A stretch of 64,000 bases of DNA, taken from the NCBI GenBank assembly GCA_015680685.1, contig MNCI01003408.1, forward strand, positions 1 through 64,000, read 5' to 3'. The position numbers were made by a program, and so were the translations under genes. Below the pieces are notes generated by a model, which saw only the letters and a list, made by a program, of their open reading frames with translations, searched no databases and was not told the DNA's origin. This document shows positions 1 through 12,941 of the stretch, one piece after another; the first letter of the stretch is position 1; every line of letters starts with the position of its first letter. This DNA comes from Gnetum montanum (lineage: Eukaryota; Plantae; Gnetophyta).

Positions 1-971
1 TTTCCATTTTCCACCTCATTGTTGATTTTATCATTAGTCTATTCTCAGTTGATGCATTGTTTTTCTTTGGTGAATTCTTGTGGGTAAGTTTTTAACTCTT
101 GCTTCCAAATGACATTTTTAGAGCCTACAGACTCTTTAATTTGTGGGTTTGTCAGGGCATAAATGGCATGAGCTTGCTTTGGAAAGGACCCACTAGCATT
201 TCTTTTTGGTGCAATTGTTAACTTCTTTTCCTTAAACATTTCCTATAATCAATCATTTCTTGTTTCATCCCCATTCATTACATCCATTTTATTAGTGTTT
301 CCATTGATATTTTTCATATTTCTTGTTCCTCATGTTTTTCCATCTTATAGCTACCAGAGGTTCACTCTTAGTCATGGGGGCCCTTGCACAAATTTTTTAA
401 TTTTTTCCATTTTACTAATTTCCTAACCCCTACATCTTGGGTAGTTGCTAATGATAAATCTCTGAACTAGTTTCTGCCATAAGCACAACTTAGCTAATGC
501 ACTTCATATCGAGGCAAGGTATCAATTGCATTGTGGATTATCTATCCTTGCTCATTTGTGACTGTGTTGTGTGTGCAAATGGTGATCATACAAATAATAG
601 ACTAGGCTTGGAGGAAGCACTCAGGATGGACTGGAATTGGAGCATTTATGAAAGGAGCAAGTTTGGTGGCATGGCTATGGATAAACAATGGAAGGTGCAA
701 TCTTGGCATTGGCAGAAACACACTCCATCTTTTTTCTCTCTCTCTCTTTCTCTTCAAGCTACCAAATAAAGTCTTGGATGTAATTTATGTACAAGTGTTC
801 ACCACAATGGTCATGAACACTAATGTTGTAATATGCTTATTGATCCATTCACTGGACACGTTGAGTCTGTCATCCCATTCCATCGTCAGTTGTCAATTAG
901 TCAATAATCCCATACCTTTCCAATATTTTGTAAGGAACTCAAGGATGAGTTTTCATTCAGTCATGGGGGTA

Positions 972-1549
972 TGCTGAGAGCAATTACTCTAGCAGTTATT
1001 CTAGTTATTAGAGAAGTTACTCTAGCGGTTACTCTAGCAGTTACTCTAATTATTAGTGGTTACTCTAGCAGTTACTTTAGTAGTTATTCTAATTATTAGA
1101 GTGGTTACTCTAGCAATTACCTTAGCAGTTATTCTAATTATTAGAGTAGTTTCTCCCAAGTCTATAAATACAGTGCCCAGATGCACAATTGGGAGGAAGT
1201 CTTTTGGAAGTCAAGTAGCGAAACTCTTGTAGTCTGTTTGAAAGTTAGAGTATTTTCCAAGTGCCTGCAGTAGGAGGTCTAAGTGTGGATGGATCTTTAT
1301 TCAAGCATTGTGTATCTAAGCACACCTTATGTACAACAATAAAGATGGGCTCTTTGATTCATCCTTGTAGCACTTGAGATTTGTTTTCTTACACATTTAT
1401 TTTATTTTATTTTATTCACTTTACATTTCTGTTATTAGCACAAAAATTCATTTTGATCAATTAAGAAAATCATTAAATTACANGACCGGATCATGCATGA
1501 AACACTCGTATTCATATGGTTGAGCATAGGGGTACCTCGTTGCTCATCA
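972..1549 (+). repeat. 3' LTR of element A
   Basis: TG...CA termini; TATA box TCTATAAATA at about 1162; R/U5 similar to 3869-4629; a single N at 1483 may hide missing sequence. Confidence 0.85.
981..1155 (+). repeat. U3 minisatellite, ~12-bp unit GTTACTCTAGCA with TTATTAGA variants
   Basis: Degenerate tandem copies are directly visible upstream of the TATA box. Confidence 0.9.
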
Positions 1550-1556
1550 TAAATCT

Positions 1557-2454
1557 TTGAAAAATCAAAATACTAATCCTTATATTGGATCTATTGAAGT
1601 TGGGCTTGGCGAACATGTTATAAATGACCATGACAGTGAAATTTTAGAAATAAATCCTTTTGCTTCTAATAAATGTGAAGAAATCTATGAAGATGCCTTG
1701 CCTTATCATCAACATGATGAAAAAACATTCCTTTTGGGTGACCCATCACCATTAGGAGAGGACAAAGATATAAATAAGATCCTAACCATTAAAAAATTAG
1801 AAGGTGTGCCAGATTTTGATGACATATCCATTAAACATATTCCTAGAGAAGAAAATTATATTCATGATTTATTAGCTCAAATGGTCACTACTTTAGATGC
1901 CCCTTTTAGCACAATACTTGGGAGTTTGAAAGAATTAGTGAAAAGGTTAACTCCTATTCTATTCCAAATAATATCTTTTCTTTTCAAGTTTTGATGATGA
2001 TGACCATATTCATGAATTTTTATTTTTCAAGGGTAAATTTAGTGATTAATGTTTTAAAGTTTCTCAAATTAATGAAGAATCTATGTCAAAGGATGTCATA
2101 TTTTTCAAATTTAGTCCCCATTAGAGAACAAAAAAGTGAATTACAATTATGTATTTATTTTCATAATCTCACTCATCAGCAAATTGTAAAAGATGGTTTG
2201 ACAAGAAATATATATGTAAAGTATTTAAAATAGGAGATCTAGTCCTAAAAAGAGATAGAGCATTTGGTCAAACAAGTCTTCAAAGTAGGTTTCCTCCTAT
2301 ATGGTTAGGTCCATTCCAAGTTACTGATGTCATTGGCAACAATGTTTACAAAATTGTAGATTTGCAAGGATATAAATTACATAGAAATTTTAATGCACTT
2401 CATCTAAAGCATTTCTACTCAGGTGCTCCATGTGGGCACCTGGCAGATCCTTAG
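1557..2454 (+). pseudogene. Deleted Tat-type gypsy pol remnant: tail of the additional RNase H plus integrase C-terminal GPY/F module
   Basis: FDDISIKHIPREENYIHDLLAQM resembles the HIPREEN..ADxLA end of RNase HI-like domains. About 2190-2454 translates KRWFDKKYICKVFKIGDLVLKR...PIWLGPFQVTDVIGNNVYKIVDLQG...NALHLKHFY. A PPT-like AGTTTGGGGGCTAA lies at 3750-3763. Confidence 0.7.
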
Positions 2455-3868
2455 TTGCATGCTTTCTTCCCCTCTACCATGCATTTCATTTGTATATAGT
2501 TGCATTTGCATATTTTCTTTGCATCTCCATCATCTCTTTCTTAGCATATTTGTTTTGATTTGATTTATGCTTTTCAACATGATTTTAGTAATCATTATGA
2601 TCATTTGAGTTATTAGGCATTGGGTCATCATAACACCATTGAAAAATAATGCAAGTATAATGCTTTATATGATATATTCTATTACTATTATATAAAATAT
2701 TTTTTATATGATATATTTCAATAATGCTATGAATTTTCCTAGTCTATTTCAAGGTTTTAGTTTTATTAGTTATGCTAGATTATAGAGAATGGGATTTATG
2801 CTAACTTATCATGTAATCATCAAGATCATGTGAGTGTAGGATATGTGAAGTTAGAGAATAGTTAGCCACAATCGCTAGGTGATGCTGAAGAATGCCTTTT
2901 CCCTCTCATAAGCCCCAACCCTTAAGTGATAATCCATGGGTATCTTGTGAGCAACAGGGTGAAGTGTGTTTATCTTCACTTAAGAATCCTTAGCCACCCA
3001 AGAGACATGCTACAATGCCATCTAGATTGGAATTAAAGACACATACACAAGGGTTAAACTGCACCATAGGTAAATTTTTGAAAGGACCATGTTCTTTGGC
3101 AATGCAACTAATCATCTAGACTTGTGTTGGAATTCCTACCTTATGAATGAAGTACACCATCAAAAAAGTTTTCTAAAAAAAACAAAAGAAAAAGAATAAG
3201 GACCATGTTCATCATTAGTGTAATAAGTTTTTGAATGTGATGGGGTTGGGTAGTAATGCTAACCCTAGCCTCCATTTCCCTTTTAAACCTATTTCTCCAA
3301 AAAAATTTTAAAAAAAAGAGTCCCAAGGAAAAATCTAAAGGAAAAATCTAAAAGTTGTAGCTAGCTATGATCTAAGATAAGCTTGTCTAGTTCATTAAGT
3401 TTAGTATAAGTCTTATGCTTAAAGTAGTCCACATACTTTTTACTATTACCTTGTGAGAAGATTGGGTATGAGATCTTAATTATATACTTTAATTATATAT
3501 ATATAGTTAAGGTTATGATGTATAAAGAGTATATGTTTTGATCTTAATTAAATAAAATGGTGTGGTAAGGGTGGCCTACATCTAGTTTTCTCTTGATTAC
3601 ATGATTTTTTAAAATCTTTTTAGATCAATATAGTTTGTTTTCAAATTTTAATTTGTTTATGTATTATGATCTTTTTGATCCTCTATCTTTTGCATCTCCT
3701 TTTAGGATTTCTATGGTTTTATTATTTTTTGCACTTGCATGCAATTTCTAGTTTGGGGGCTAAGTATTGATGCCAACATCACCCATGCTAGGCATAGGGC
3801 CATGACTTATTAGTTTAATCACCAAGGTATGGTTTCACAATTTGAATAGGGGCACTTTCAATGAAAGG

Positions 3869-4629
3869 TGGTGAGATGTGATATCGCATGGACTACAATA
3901 TCACGGTGCGCCGCAAAATCTATAAATAAGAGGTGGTTCTCCCTTGTTTCCTCATCCTAGGCTAGACAGTAGGGAAACTCTGGTAGATTGATCACTCCAA
4001 ATATAGAATATTTTCCATGTGCCGGTAGTAGGAGTCCTAAAGTGAACGAATCTTTATTCGAGCAAACATTGTACCTGAACACAAGTTTGTGTACAGCAAT
4101 AAAGATGAACTTCCTGGATAAACCTTGTAGTGCATGGAATAGGCTAATTAGGATTTTATTTACTGTTATTTATTATGCGTTATTTACTAATTTCTCTCTC
4201 AACCCTTCTCTCCTAGTTAAGTGCCTTAGTACGACCGCTTCGAGCATGTGTGTTACGCGTGGTGATCCCAGCAATGATTAACGTTTGGTAGCCAAGGTTG
4301 CATCGGTTTAGGGTGTGTACGGTAAGTGGGAATGGATGTTGATGCTAGGTTAATTTAGACTTAGTTCATTAGTTAGAGTTAGTTAGTCTCTTCAACCCTT
4401 CACCTCGATAGCATAGGAGATAAAAGATAAAAAGATATAAAAATCATATACCTCAGACTTACTTAACCATACACCGTGACAAATACAAGTAAGTCTAGGA
4501 AGACAATGAATGGTTAACCTTAAGTGTTCCATGAGGCGTGTAGGCACTTAGTCTATAGAGTTTGATCGGATCGCACATGTTATGCTCGTATTCATATGGT
4601 TGAGTGTAGGGGTACCTCGCCACTCATCA
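3869..4629 (+). repeat. 5' LTR of element B (761 bp)
   Basis: TGGTGAG...CTCATCA; TATA TCTATAAATA at about 3919; highly similar to 12116-12941. Confidence 0.95.
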
Positions 4630-4630
4630 T

Positions 4631-4648
4631 AGGTGTCATTGCCAAGGA
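4631..4648 (+). promoter_or_regulatory. Degenerate primer-binding site, tRNA-Asp type
   Basis: AGGTGTCATTGCCAAGGA directly after the LTR differs from the typical TGGCGCCGTTGCCGGGGA mostly by transitions. Confidence 0.65.
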
Positions 4649-4778
4649 CTAAGTGTTTGTGGGCTAAGTAGGACATAAGAGATCATTTACATCATTGGGA
4701 GCTTAAACGAACCTTAGGGTTAATCAAACAAAAAGAAAAAAATTTATAACGGTAAAATCAGCACACCAATAAGACATC

Positions 4779-7133
4779 ATGTCTTCTTCTTCTTCTCACA
4801 AGAGCACATCACCTAGGGATCATACAAAAAATAGTCGGTAATCAAAAACACATAACCTAAACTAGCCGGTTCCTCAAAAATATAGGGTAACATATACTCA
4901 TCCCGATGAGTATATTTCAAATTTTACCTTTATCCTCCATCAAGATGAATAGATGCACTGGAGAGATTTGCATGGTAACATAGTGTTACCTCCAGATCGT
5001 GCAGTCTCCAACATGCTCCTCCGTGCCTTAGCACAGATCGTCATGACTCAGCTTTATGCTGAATACGTTATGGAAGATTTTGACATGAGGGATTATCATC
5101 CCACAACTTTAAAACATATAAGGGACTCTAGGCAAGAGAGCCAACATACACTGTTGAAGGGCAAATGGATCCTACACATCCTAAGTGAAACTAGAGATGG
5201 TGAATTGCTTACAACGGGTTCTCTATCAAATGATGTTCTCCCTCCTAATGATAGTGAGGAGGTGAGGTATCAAAAATTATGCTCAATGATACACAACCCT
5301 GGTTCTGATGCCCATGAACACCAGTTGTTCATTGAGGGAAAAACAACATATAATAAGGATGGGCACTTAGATCGTCATCACAATCAAGGCTGGAGCCATA
5401 GAAGAGAAGGTAAGAAACATTATCATGGAAATGGTTCTTCTTCTTCTTCCCCTTCTTCACATCATTCACCCTCTCCTTCCACCTCTAGGTGCAATCATGA
5501 CAAGCATAACAGAGAGGATAAAAGTAAGAGAAATGAGAGACCTCGACAAGAGAGTCGAGAGCGAGGACAAGGGCATGAACAAAGGGAAAGTAGGGAACAA
5601 CGGAGACATCATAGACTTCATGAAAGAGATGATCATGACGAGCCCCTACTTGCCACCTGAAGCATGCTAAACATAATGGAGGCAGTAAGAATCCCAATAA
5701 GGGATTTAAAAGATAGTCGAATCAAGTGCTTAGACATGAATAACATCCCACGATTTGAAGGGGGATATAATGTAGATCCAAAAAATCATTTACAGGGATT
5801 CCACGATGCCTGCACCTTGCAAAACATAGAGAATGAGTGGCAGAAACTTAAGTTGTTTCCTAGGACACTCATCAAGGAAGCAGAGAGTTGGTACTAGTCC
5901 TTAGAACTGGAAACCATCAGGAGGTGGAGTACAATGCTAGAACTCTTCAACGATAAGTATCAAACGTACTCTAGAGTGTCTAATTTGCGTAAGTAGATCC
6001 AAGGATGGAAGCAAGAAAATCATGAACCCTTGGATGCTGCCATGGGCCGCTACTATGCATTGTTACATCGTTGCCCAGGCCATGGTTATGCTCAACGGGA
6101 TCAACTCCACCACATCGTAGATGGGCTAAGGTATGAAATTAGGAGAACCCTTGGGACTTATGCCCAAGGGAGACTATCAGAACTTAGATCTCATGAAGTT
6201 CATTTCTTGTTGGAACAAGTAGCAAAAGAAGGAGGGGAGCTACGAAAAAGGGAAAGTTTGGAAGAATACAACCATGATCCCTCTCTTCGAAGGAAGGGAG
6301 TGAAATTTTGCGATGAGGAGGATGAGTCACCACTCGAAGAGTTGGTGAATAGAAAAACCTTACCGATTCAAAAGCTAACAATAGAAATAGTGGCTAAGGT
6401 AGTTGACGTATGGAGTTCCTTAGACTCTAGACTTGAAACTGTCTTGAAGATTGTAGAAGAGTCTAAGGAGGAACAAAGTAGTGACAAGAACAAGACAAAG
6501 CGGAGAGATTCAGGCCCTGCATGTGACAAGGGTAAGGGGAAAATGAACATGTCCGATGAGGTTGTGGAATTAGACACAAATGATGATGGTGGATGCAAGA
6601 TCTGCTACTATGACCATCCTAAGGGATGTTGTCCAATCATCTCACATCTACAAGAGTCTGGGGTGTATGCACTTAACTCGAGACTTAACAAATGGCAGAC
6701 ACCCCATAGGTTACCTTATCCCCGAGGTAACCCAAGATAGTTCCACCAACCCTTAACATATTATCCAAGTGGAACTCCACCATAGCCCATCGGAAAACAT
6801 CAATAGTGGCAATACCCACAGTCATAGGGGATGCCACCACCGAAACAATAGTACCCTTACCAACAGCTAATCCCTCCAAGTGACCCTATGGGTTACACAA
6901 CCCTACAATGTCACTACCCAGTTTGGGAATATTACCAGACTTCCCCTCCAGGAAGGGACACTCCACATGTATACCATCCTCCAAATCCATCCACACCTCT
7001 CATGCCAGTAGCTCCACCACCAACCGCTTCAACAATGCCAAGGGTATTTCCCACTCAACCACAACAACCTAATGTCACAAGGGCTTCCAATCCTCAATTC
7101 TCAGTTGGCCCAAACAGTTTTACACTGAAATGA
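4779..7133 (+). pseudogene. gag: gag of element B with long His/Arg-rich N-terminal extension, capsid-like domain and Athila-type Cx2Cx3Hx4C knuckle
   Basis: ORFs 4953, 5664 and 6030 share one frame with the ATG at 4779 and are separated by point stops. Motifs: DPKNHLQGFHDAC...KLKLFPRTLIKEAESWY and CKICYYDHPKGCCP. Confidence 0.85.
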
Positions 7134-7289
7134 CCTTTCTTTGGAGCCAACAATCCAACTAAGCCCTCACCCTCACAAGTGGTTGAACATCAAAACACTT
7201 CTATACCAAATAAGGGTTCGAGAACCCCTTCAAACAAAAAGACATGCCCAATGCACACGGTCATGTTAACACATACCGTAACGGACTAG

Positions 7290-10200
7290 ATTAAGGTAGG
7301 CCACCTTCCTGAGAAATTATCCAATCCTGGAAGCCCCTTAATCTACCTTCAGGTCGCTAGAAAAGAACCACATAAGCCTCTTCTTAACTTAGGTTCCGGA
7401 GTCAACTTCATCTCGCAAGAATTGTACAAAGCATGGAACCTGCCTCCACTTAAGAAGAGCAATATTCACTTAGAGCTGGCTGACCAGTCCATCACTATTC
7501 CTCTGGGACAAGTTGAGGATATTGTGACCACCGTGGGTGGTTGGTCATACCCAGATGATTTCCTAGTGATCCAAATAAATAATGACAAGGGGGATTTCCA
7601 AATAATAATGGGAAGAGCATGGCTGAGCACAATTGATGCACGCCTGGGAATCCACAATCTTTCCCTAGAAATATCCAAGAAAAATACTTTTGGAAAGATT
7701 GAGAGGAAGAGAGTTCCATGCATCACATATGGTGACACAGGATGCCATTGCGTGCAGAAATCATGGGTGATGTGAAGCTTAACATTGCCTACATGCAAGT
7801 GGTGTGCATAAGATATTGATATACAAAAGTGCCTATATGTAGTAGCCACACAACAAGAAGACACCTAGTGGCTGATGGTTGATCCAGGGAGTAGCTCAAT
7901 AACGTGCATGGAACTAACTGAGGGGATAACTAGTGCTTACATTGAAAGCACAGATATATTAGAGCAAGTCTATTGCCAACTTCCAGCCCTGAACTCCGAA
8001 AACATTAACTGGGGAAAGTTGGAGATTCCTAAGGAATTTAGACAAGAGCCCCTAGACCTAAAACCATTGCCCATTGGTTTGGAATACATGATCCTTGAAA
8101 ATGGAAAACCGGTAATTTTCAATGCAAAACTTGTCCCCAAGCAAAAGGAAAGCCTATTGAAGGTCATCAATAAATGGTCAAAAGCCTTTACCTGGTCATA
8201 CCCTGAGATAACCAGAATAGATCCTAGGATATGCCAACATAGGATTTACATGGACCCCTCCATGAAGCCTCGCAAGCAACCACAAAGGTGATTGAACCTG
8301 AAGTTAAAACTAATAGTGAAAGAGGAGATAGAGCAACTTCTCAAGGCTAGGTTCATTTACCCCATTGCTGATAGCGAGTGGGTTAGTCCTCTTGTAATTG
8401 TACCCAAAAAAGGAGGTAAATGGAGGGTATGTATAAACTTTAGGCTATTGAATATGACAACATTCAAAGATCACTTCCCATTTCCATTTGTCAACCAAGT
8501 CTTAGACACTATAGTAGGGCATCGCTATTACAGTTTTCTGGATGGGTATAGTGGGTACAACCAAATACGAATNNNNNNNNNNNNNNNNNNNNNNNNNNNN
8601 NNNNNNNNNNNNNNNNNNNNNNNNNNNNNNNNNNNNNNNNNNNNNNNNNNNNNNNNNNNNNNNNNNNNNNNNNNNNNNNNNNNNNNNNNNNNNNNNNNNN
8701 NNNNNNNNNNNNNNNNNNNNNNNNNNNNNNNNNNNNNNNNNNNNNNNNNNNNNNNNNNNNNNNNNNNNNNNNNNNNNNNNNNNNNNNNNNNNNNNNNNNN
8801 NNNNNNNNNNNNNNNNNNNNNNNNNNNNNNNNNNNNNNNNNNNNNNNNNNNNNNNNNNNNNNNNNNNNNNNNNNNNNNNNNNNNNNNNNNNNNNNNNNNN
8901 NNNNNNNNNNNNNNNNGACTAGTCTAGACCATTCCATATCATGACCGACGCATCTAATTACACCTTAGGAGCCGTACTGACACAATTAGATGAACAAAAC
9001 CGACCTTATTACATCCACTATGCTAGTAGAAGTATCACTGGTACACAACTCAACTACACGACTATGGAAAAGGAATTAATGGCTGTAGTGTTTTCACTGG
9101 ACAAATTTAGGCACTATGTATTGGGCTATAAAGTATACATCCATACAGATCATAGTGCAATTAGGTTCCTTATGAACAAGCCAACGGTTAGCCCACGTAT
9201 CATACGTTGGTTTGTAATTATTCAAGAGTTTGATTTAACAATTGTAGATCGCAAAGGCACCAATAATGTAGTTGCAGATCACCTATCTTGGTTGCGTTGG
9301 GATAGCAAAGAGGATGAATATGTTGTATCTGACCATTTTCTTGATGAAACCCTCTTTGCCAGTGTAGTAAATGATCAACCCATGGAAATAAATTGGTATA
9401 GTAGCATTCTTACTTATCTCCTCTCCCAACAAACACCACAGGGGTTGGACTTTAGGAAGAAGCAACGGTTTCTTCAGAAAACCAAGTACTTCATGGAAAT
9501 CAAGGGAAAACTCTATAAAGTCTATCCTGATGACTTGGTCCAATGGTGTGTGCCTGATGAGGATCAGTTAAGAGTTCTCCAGGATGCTCATGAAGGTCCC
9601 TGTGGGGGCCACTATGCAGGGAGATGAATGGCCATTAAGATCCTACTTGCAAGATACTACTGGCCAACACTATTTCAGGACGTCCATTAGTTTGTCCAAT
9701 CCTGTGAGCGCTGTCAGCGGGATGGTGGAATGACTACTAGAATGGAGGGTCTGCAACAATGGATTCAACCCTTAGAACCCTTTGATATTTGGGGAATAGA
9801 TTTTATGAGGCCTATTACACCGATGTCCAATGGGAAGGCTTATATTATTGTTGCTGTTGACTATTTGACCAAATGGGCTGAAGCAGCTGCTGTAACAGAT
9901 TGCACATCATCTACAGCTGCATGATTTGTACAACAGCAAATCATAAATAGGTTCGGTATGCCACGTGCACTCATCTCTGACAATGGAACACATTTTACAG
10001 GTGCAACCTTTCGCAAGTTGATGCAATGCTTAGGGGTTGAGCATAAACTGACCACACCTTATCACCCCCAAGCTAATGGCCAAGCACAGGTCACCAACTG
10101 AGAGATTACGAGAATATTAATGAGAACAATTAGCAAATTTAGGTGAGATTGGAGCATGAAACTGAACGATGCCATCTGGGCATACCGCTTCACTTGAAAA

Positions 10201-10620
10201 CTCCCTATAGGCTACTCTCCCTATGAGTTGGTGTACAGAAAACTCCCAAAACTTCCAATTCAAATAGAGCTCCGTACACTCTCCATGGCGTATGGCCTCC
10301 ACCTTGATCTCGATCTAGCACAAAAACAACGATTGACTTCTCTAAATATGCTAGACGAGAATCACTTGGCTGCCCTATCATCAAACGAGATACACAAGGC
10401 ATACAACAAATAATGTCATGACTCAAAAATTTGAAAGGTTAAATACCAACCCAGAGACAAGGTCCTTTACTGGAATCCTACACATGTACCACAATGTACG
10501 AAATTTCAAACATTGTGAGAGGGACCCTACATTATTCATACGACCTTTCCCTCAAGAGCCATGACAATCTACAAGCCCAAAACCCCTGACAAGAGATTAC
10601 TGGTCAATGTGCAACAAACC
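7290..10620 (+). pseudogene. pol: pol of element B (protease, RT, RNase H, integrase), disrupted, with an N gap at 8573-8916
   Basis: PR: LLNLGSGVNF, LELADQSITIPLGQVED, IIMGRAWL. RT: SEWVSPLVIVPKKGGKWRVC...FLDGYSGYNQI. RH: TDASNYTLGAVL...YTTMEKELMAVVF. INT: HEGPCGGHY, WGIDFM, AVDYLTKWAEA, ISDNGTHF, EGPY. Confidence 0.95.
8573..8916. other. Assembly gap (other gaps at 11031-11184 and 16007-16096; single Ns at 1483, 11247, 14767)
   Basis: Runs of N in the sequence. Confidence 1.
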
Positions 10621-12100
10621 AATCTTTCCATGAACCCAGAACATCCAGCGCAACTCACACCTCTGCTAGCAGACAACCACGCTCATTATTTTGGATCTCT
10701 CCCCTTCCATTCAGTCATGGGGGAGCTAGCCACTTGTGCTAATAAATTTGGGCCCTCAGTTCTTTTTAAGTTTTTGTTTTACAAATTTCTTTACCTTTTC
10801 TTGTTTTTATTTTACATCATTATTATACTTTTTCATTTTTTGTGTGTGTGTATGCATGTGTGTGATCCACCGTGTAAGCTTGTCACCCAATAAGTGTTCT
10901 CCATGATGGTATGAACTGTTTTCATATTGATTACTAATGTTTAGTTTTTACCTTTAAGTCATGATGTTGATACTAAGGTATGTTTCTCTTGATATGGTAG
11001 GCAATGAGTTCACTTCATCCATCCATCCACNNNNNNNNNNNNNNNNNNNNNNNNNNNNNNNNNNNNNNNNNNNNNNNNNNNNNNNNNNNNNNNNNNNNNN
11101 NNNNNNNNNNNNNNNNNNNNNNNNNNNNNNNNNNNNNNNNNNNNNNNNNNNNNNNNNNNNNNNNNNNNNNNNNNNNNNNNNNNNTTACCCAATTATCAGA
11201 AGCTGAGTCAGTAAAAATAAGAAGTCTTTGCATGGTGTGGTTCTCANCGGTTAAGACTTTAACTCTTGTTCCAAATGAAATTCCTAGAGCCTACAAACTC
11301 TTTAAATGTGGGTTTGTCAAGGCATTAAGGGCATGAGCCTGCTCTAGGGAGGACCCACTGGCATTCCTATTTGGTGCATCAGTTAACTTCTTTTCCCTAA
11401 CATTTTTGCAATTAATTTTATTTTGTTCATTTCCATCTTGACATCCATTTCACGGATGTTATCGTTGTCTCTTTTTATCTATCTTTCTTATTCCTTTTCT
11501 ATCTCCATTCTAACGCAACCGGAGGTTCACAATTAGTCATGGGGGTACGAGGCCCAATTTTTTCGATTTTCTCCTAGCCTCGATTTTTTCAATTTTTTCC
11601 TAACCCCTACACCTTTGGTAGTCATCATTAATATATCTCCAGATCCGTATCAGCCATATCACAACCTAGCCAATGGACCTTTCACCGCAGCAAGGTATCA
11701 ACTACATTGAAATTCATTTACCCTTGCTAATATAAGATTATGTTGTGGGTGCAGATGGTAATCATACAACAACGGAGGGGATTTGGAGGAACCACTTGGA
11801 ATGGAGCAATGCTAAAAGTAGTTATGCAAGGAGCAAGATCGATGATGCGCTTACCGATGGACAATGAAAGGCACAATCTTGGCGTTGGCAGCAACAACAC
11901 TTCTTTCTCTCTCTCTTTCTCAGATATCAAATAAGGCCTGATGTCAATGTAATAAGGTGTTCACCCTTGTTGTCATGAACACCAATTTTGTTGAGTCTTG
12001 TAATGATGATCCGTTCACATGTCATCCCATTAGTTCAATTCACCTCAATAATCCCATACCTTCCAAATATTTTGTAAGGAACTCGAGGACGAGTTTTCAT

Positions 12101-12115
12101 TTAGTCATGGGGGTA
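12101..12115 (+). promoter_or_regulatory. Polypurine-tract region of element B
   Basis: TTAGTCATGGGGGTA directly precedes the TG of the 3' LTR; the same motif precedes the LTR of element A. Confidence 0.8.
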
Positions 12116-12941
12116 TGATGAGATGCGATATCACATGGGCCACGATATCGCGGTAGTCACGATATCGCGGCAGTCGCGATATCGCATCCCATGCGATATC
12201 ACGTACGCAATATCACGGTGCACCACAAAATCTATAAATAAGAGGTGGCTCGCCCTTGTTTCCTCATCCTAGGCTAGATAGTAGGGAAACTTTGGCAAAT
12301 TGATCACTCCAGAGATAGAATATTTTCCATGTGCCCGTAGTAGGAGTCCTAAAGTGAATGGATCTTTATTCGAGCAAACATTGTACCTGAACACAAGTTT
12401 GTGTACGACAATAAAGACGAACTTCCTAGATAAACCTTGCAGTGCATGGAATAGGCTAATTAGGATTTTATTTATTGTTATTTATTATGCGTTATTTACT
12501 GCTTTCTCTCTCAACCCTTCTCTCCTAGTTAAGTGCCTCAGTACGATCGCTTCAAGCACGTGCGTTACGCGTGGTGATCCCAGCAACAATTAGCGTTTGG
12601 TAGCCACGGGTGCATTGGTTAAGGGTGTGTACGGTAAGTGGGAACGGATGCTGATGCTAGGTTAATTTATACTTAGTTCATTAGTTAGAGTTAGTTAGTC
12701 TCTTCAACCCTTCACCTCGATAGCATAGGAGATAAAAGATAAAAAGATATAAAAATCATATACCTCAGACTTACTTAACCATACACCGTGACAAATACAA
12801 GTAAGTCTGGGAAGACAACGAATGGTTAACCTTAAGTGTTCCATGAGGCGTGTAGGCACTTAGTCTGCAGAGTTCGACCAAATCATGAGTGTTACGCTCA
12901 TATTCGTATGGTTGAGTGTAGGGGTACCTCGCCACTCATTA
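12116..12941 (+). repeat. 3' LTR of element B (826 bp)
   Basis: TGATGAG...CTCATTA (CA mutated to TA); extra CGATATCG repeats in U3; followed by TSD AAAGG. Confidence 0.95.

Larger units (their letters stand above)
1..1549 (+). mobile_element. 3' end of Athila-like Ty3/gypsy element A (3' non-coding region, PPT, 3' LTR); 5' part lies outside the window
   Basis: 1-971 aligns by eye with 11200-12115 of element B. The PPT context GGAACTCAAGGATGAGTTTTCATTCAGTCATGGGGGTA is followed by an LTR running TGCTGAG (972) to CTCATCA (1549), whose end (GGGGTACCTCG..CTCATCA) matches the B LTRs. Confidence 0.85.
3869..12941 (+). mobile_element. Full-length, decayed Athila-like Ty3/gypsy LTR retrotransposon (element B)
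   Basis: Paired LTRs 3869-4629 and 12116-12941; TSD AAAGG at 3864-3868 and 12942-12946; domain order gag-PR-RT-RH-INT with no chromodomain and no extra RNase H; tRNA-Asp-like PBS. Confidence 0.95.

Noticed and set aside
45-239. Antisense 64-aa ORF in the 3' region of element A
   Set aside because: The homologous region in B has a 1-nt indel leading to an early stop, so the frame is not conserved.
3988-4281. 97-aa ORF duplicated at 12300-12593
   Set aside because: It lies within the LTRs, so the duplication simply reflects the LTR pair; it has a non-ATG start and no recognisable motif.
8509-8937. ORFs made mostly of X (also 10961-11336, 15826-16134 in part)
   Set aside because: Artefacts of translating through N gaps.
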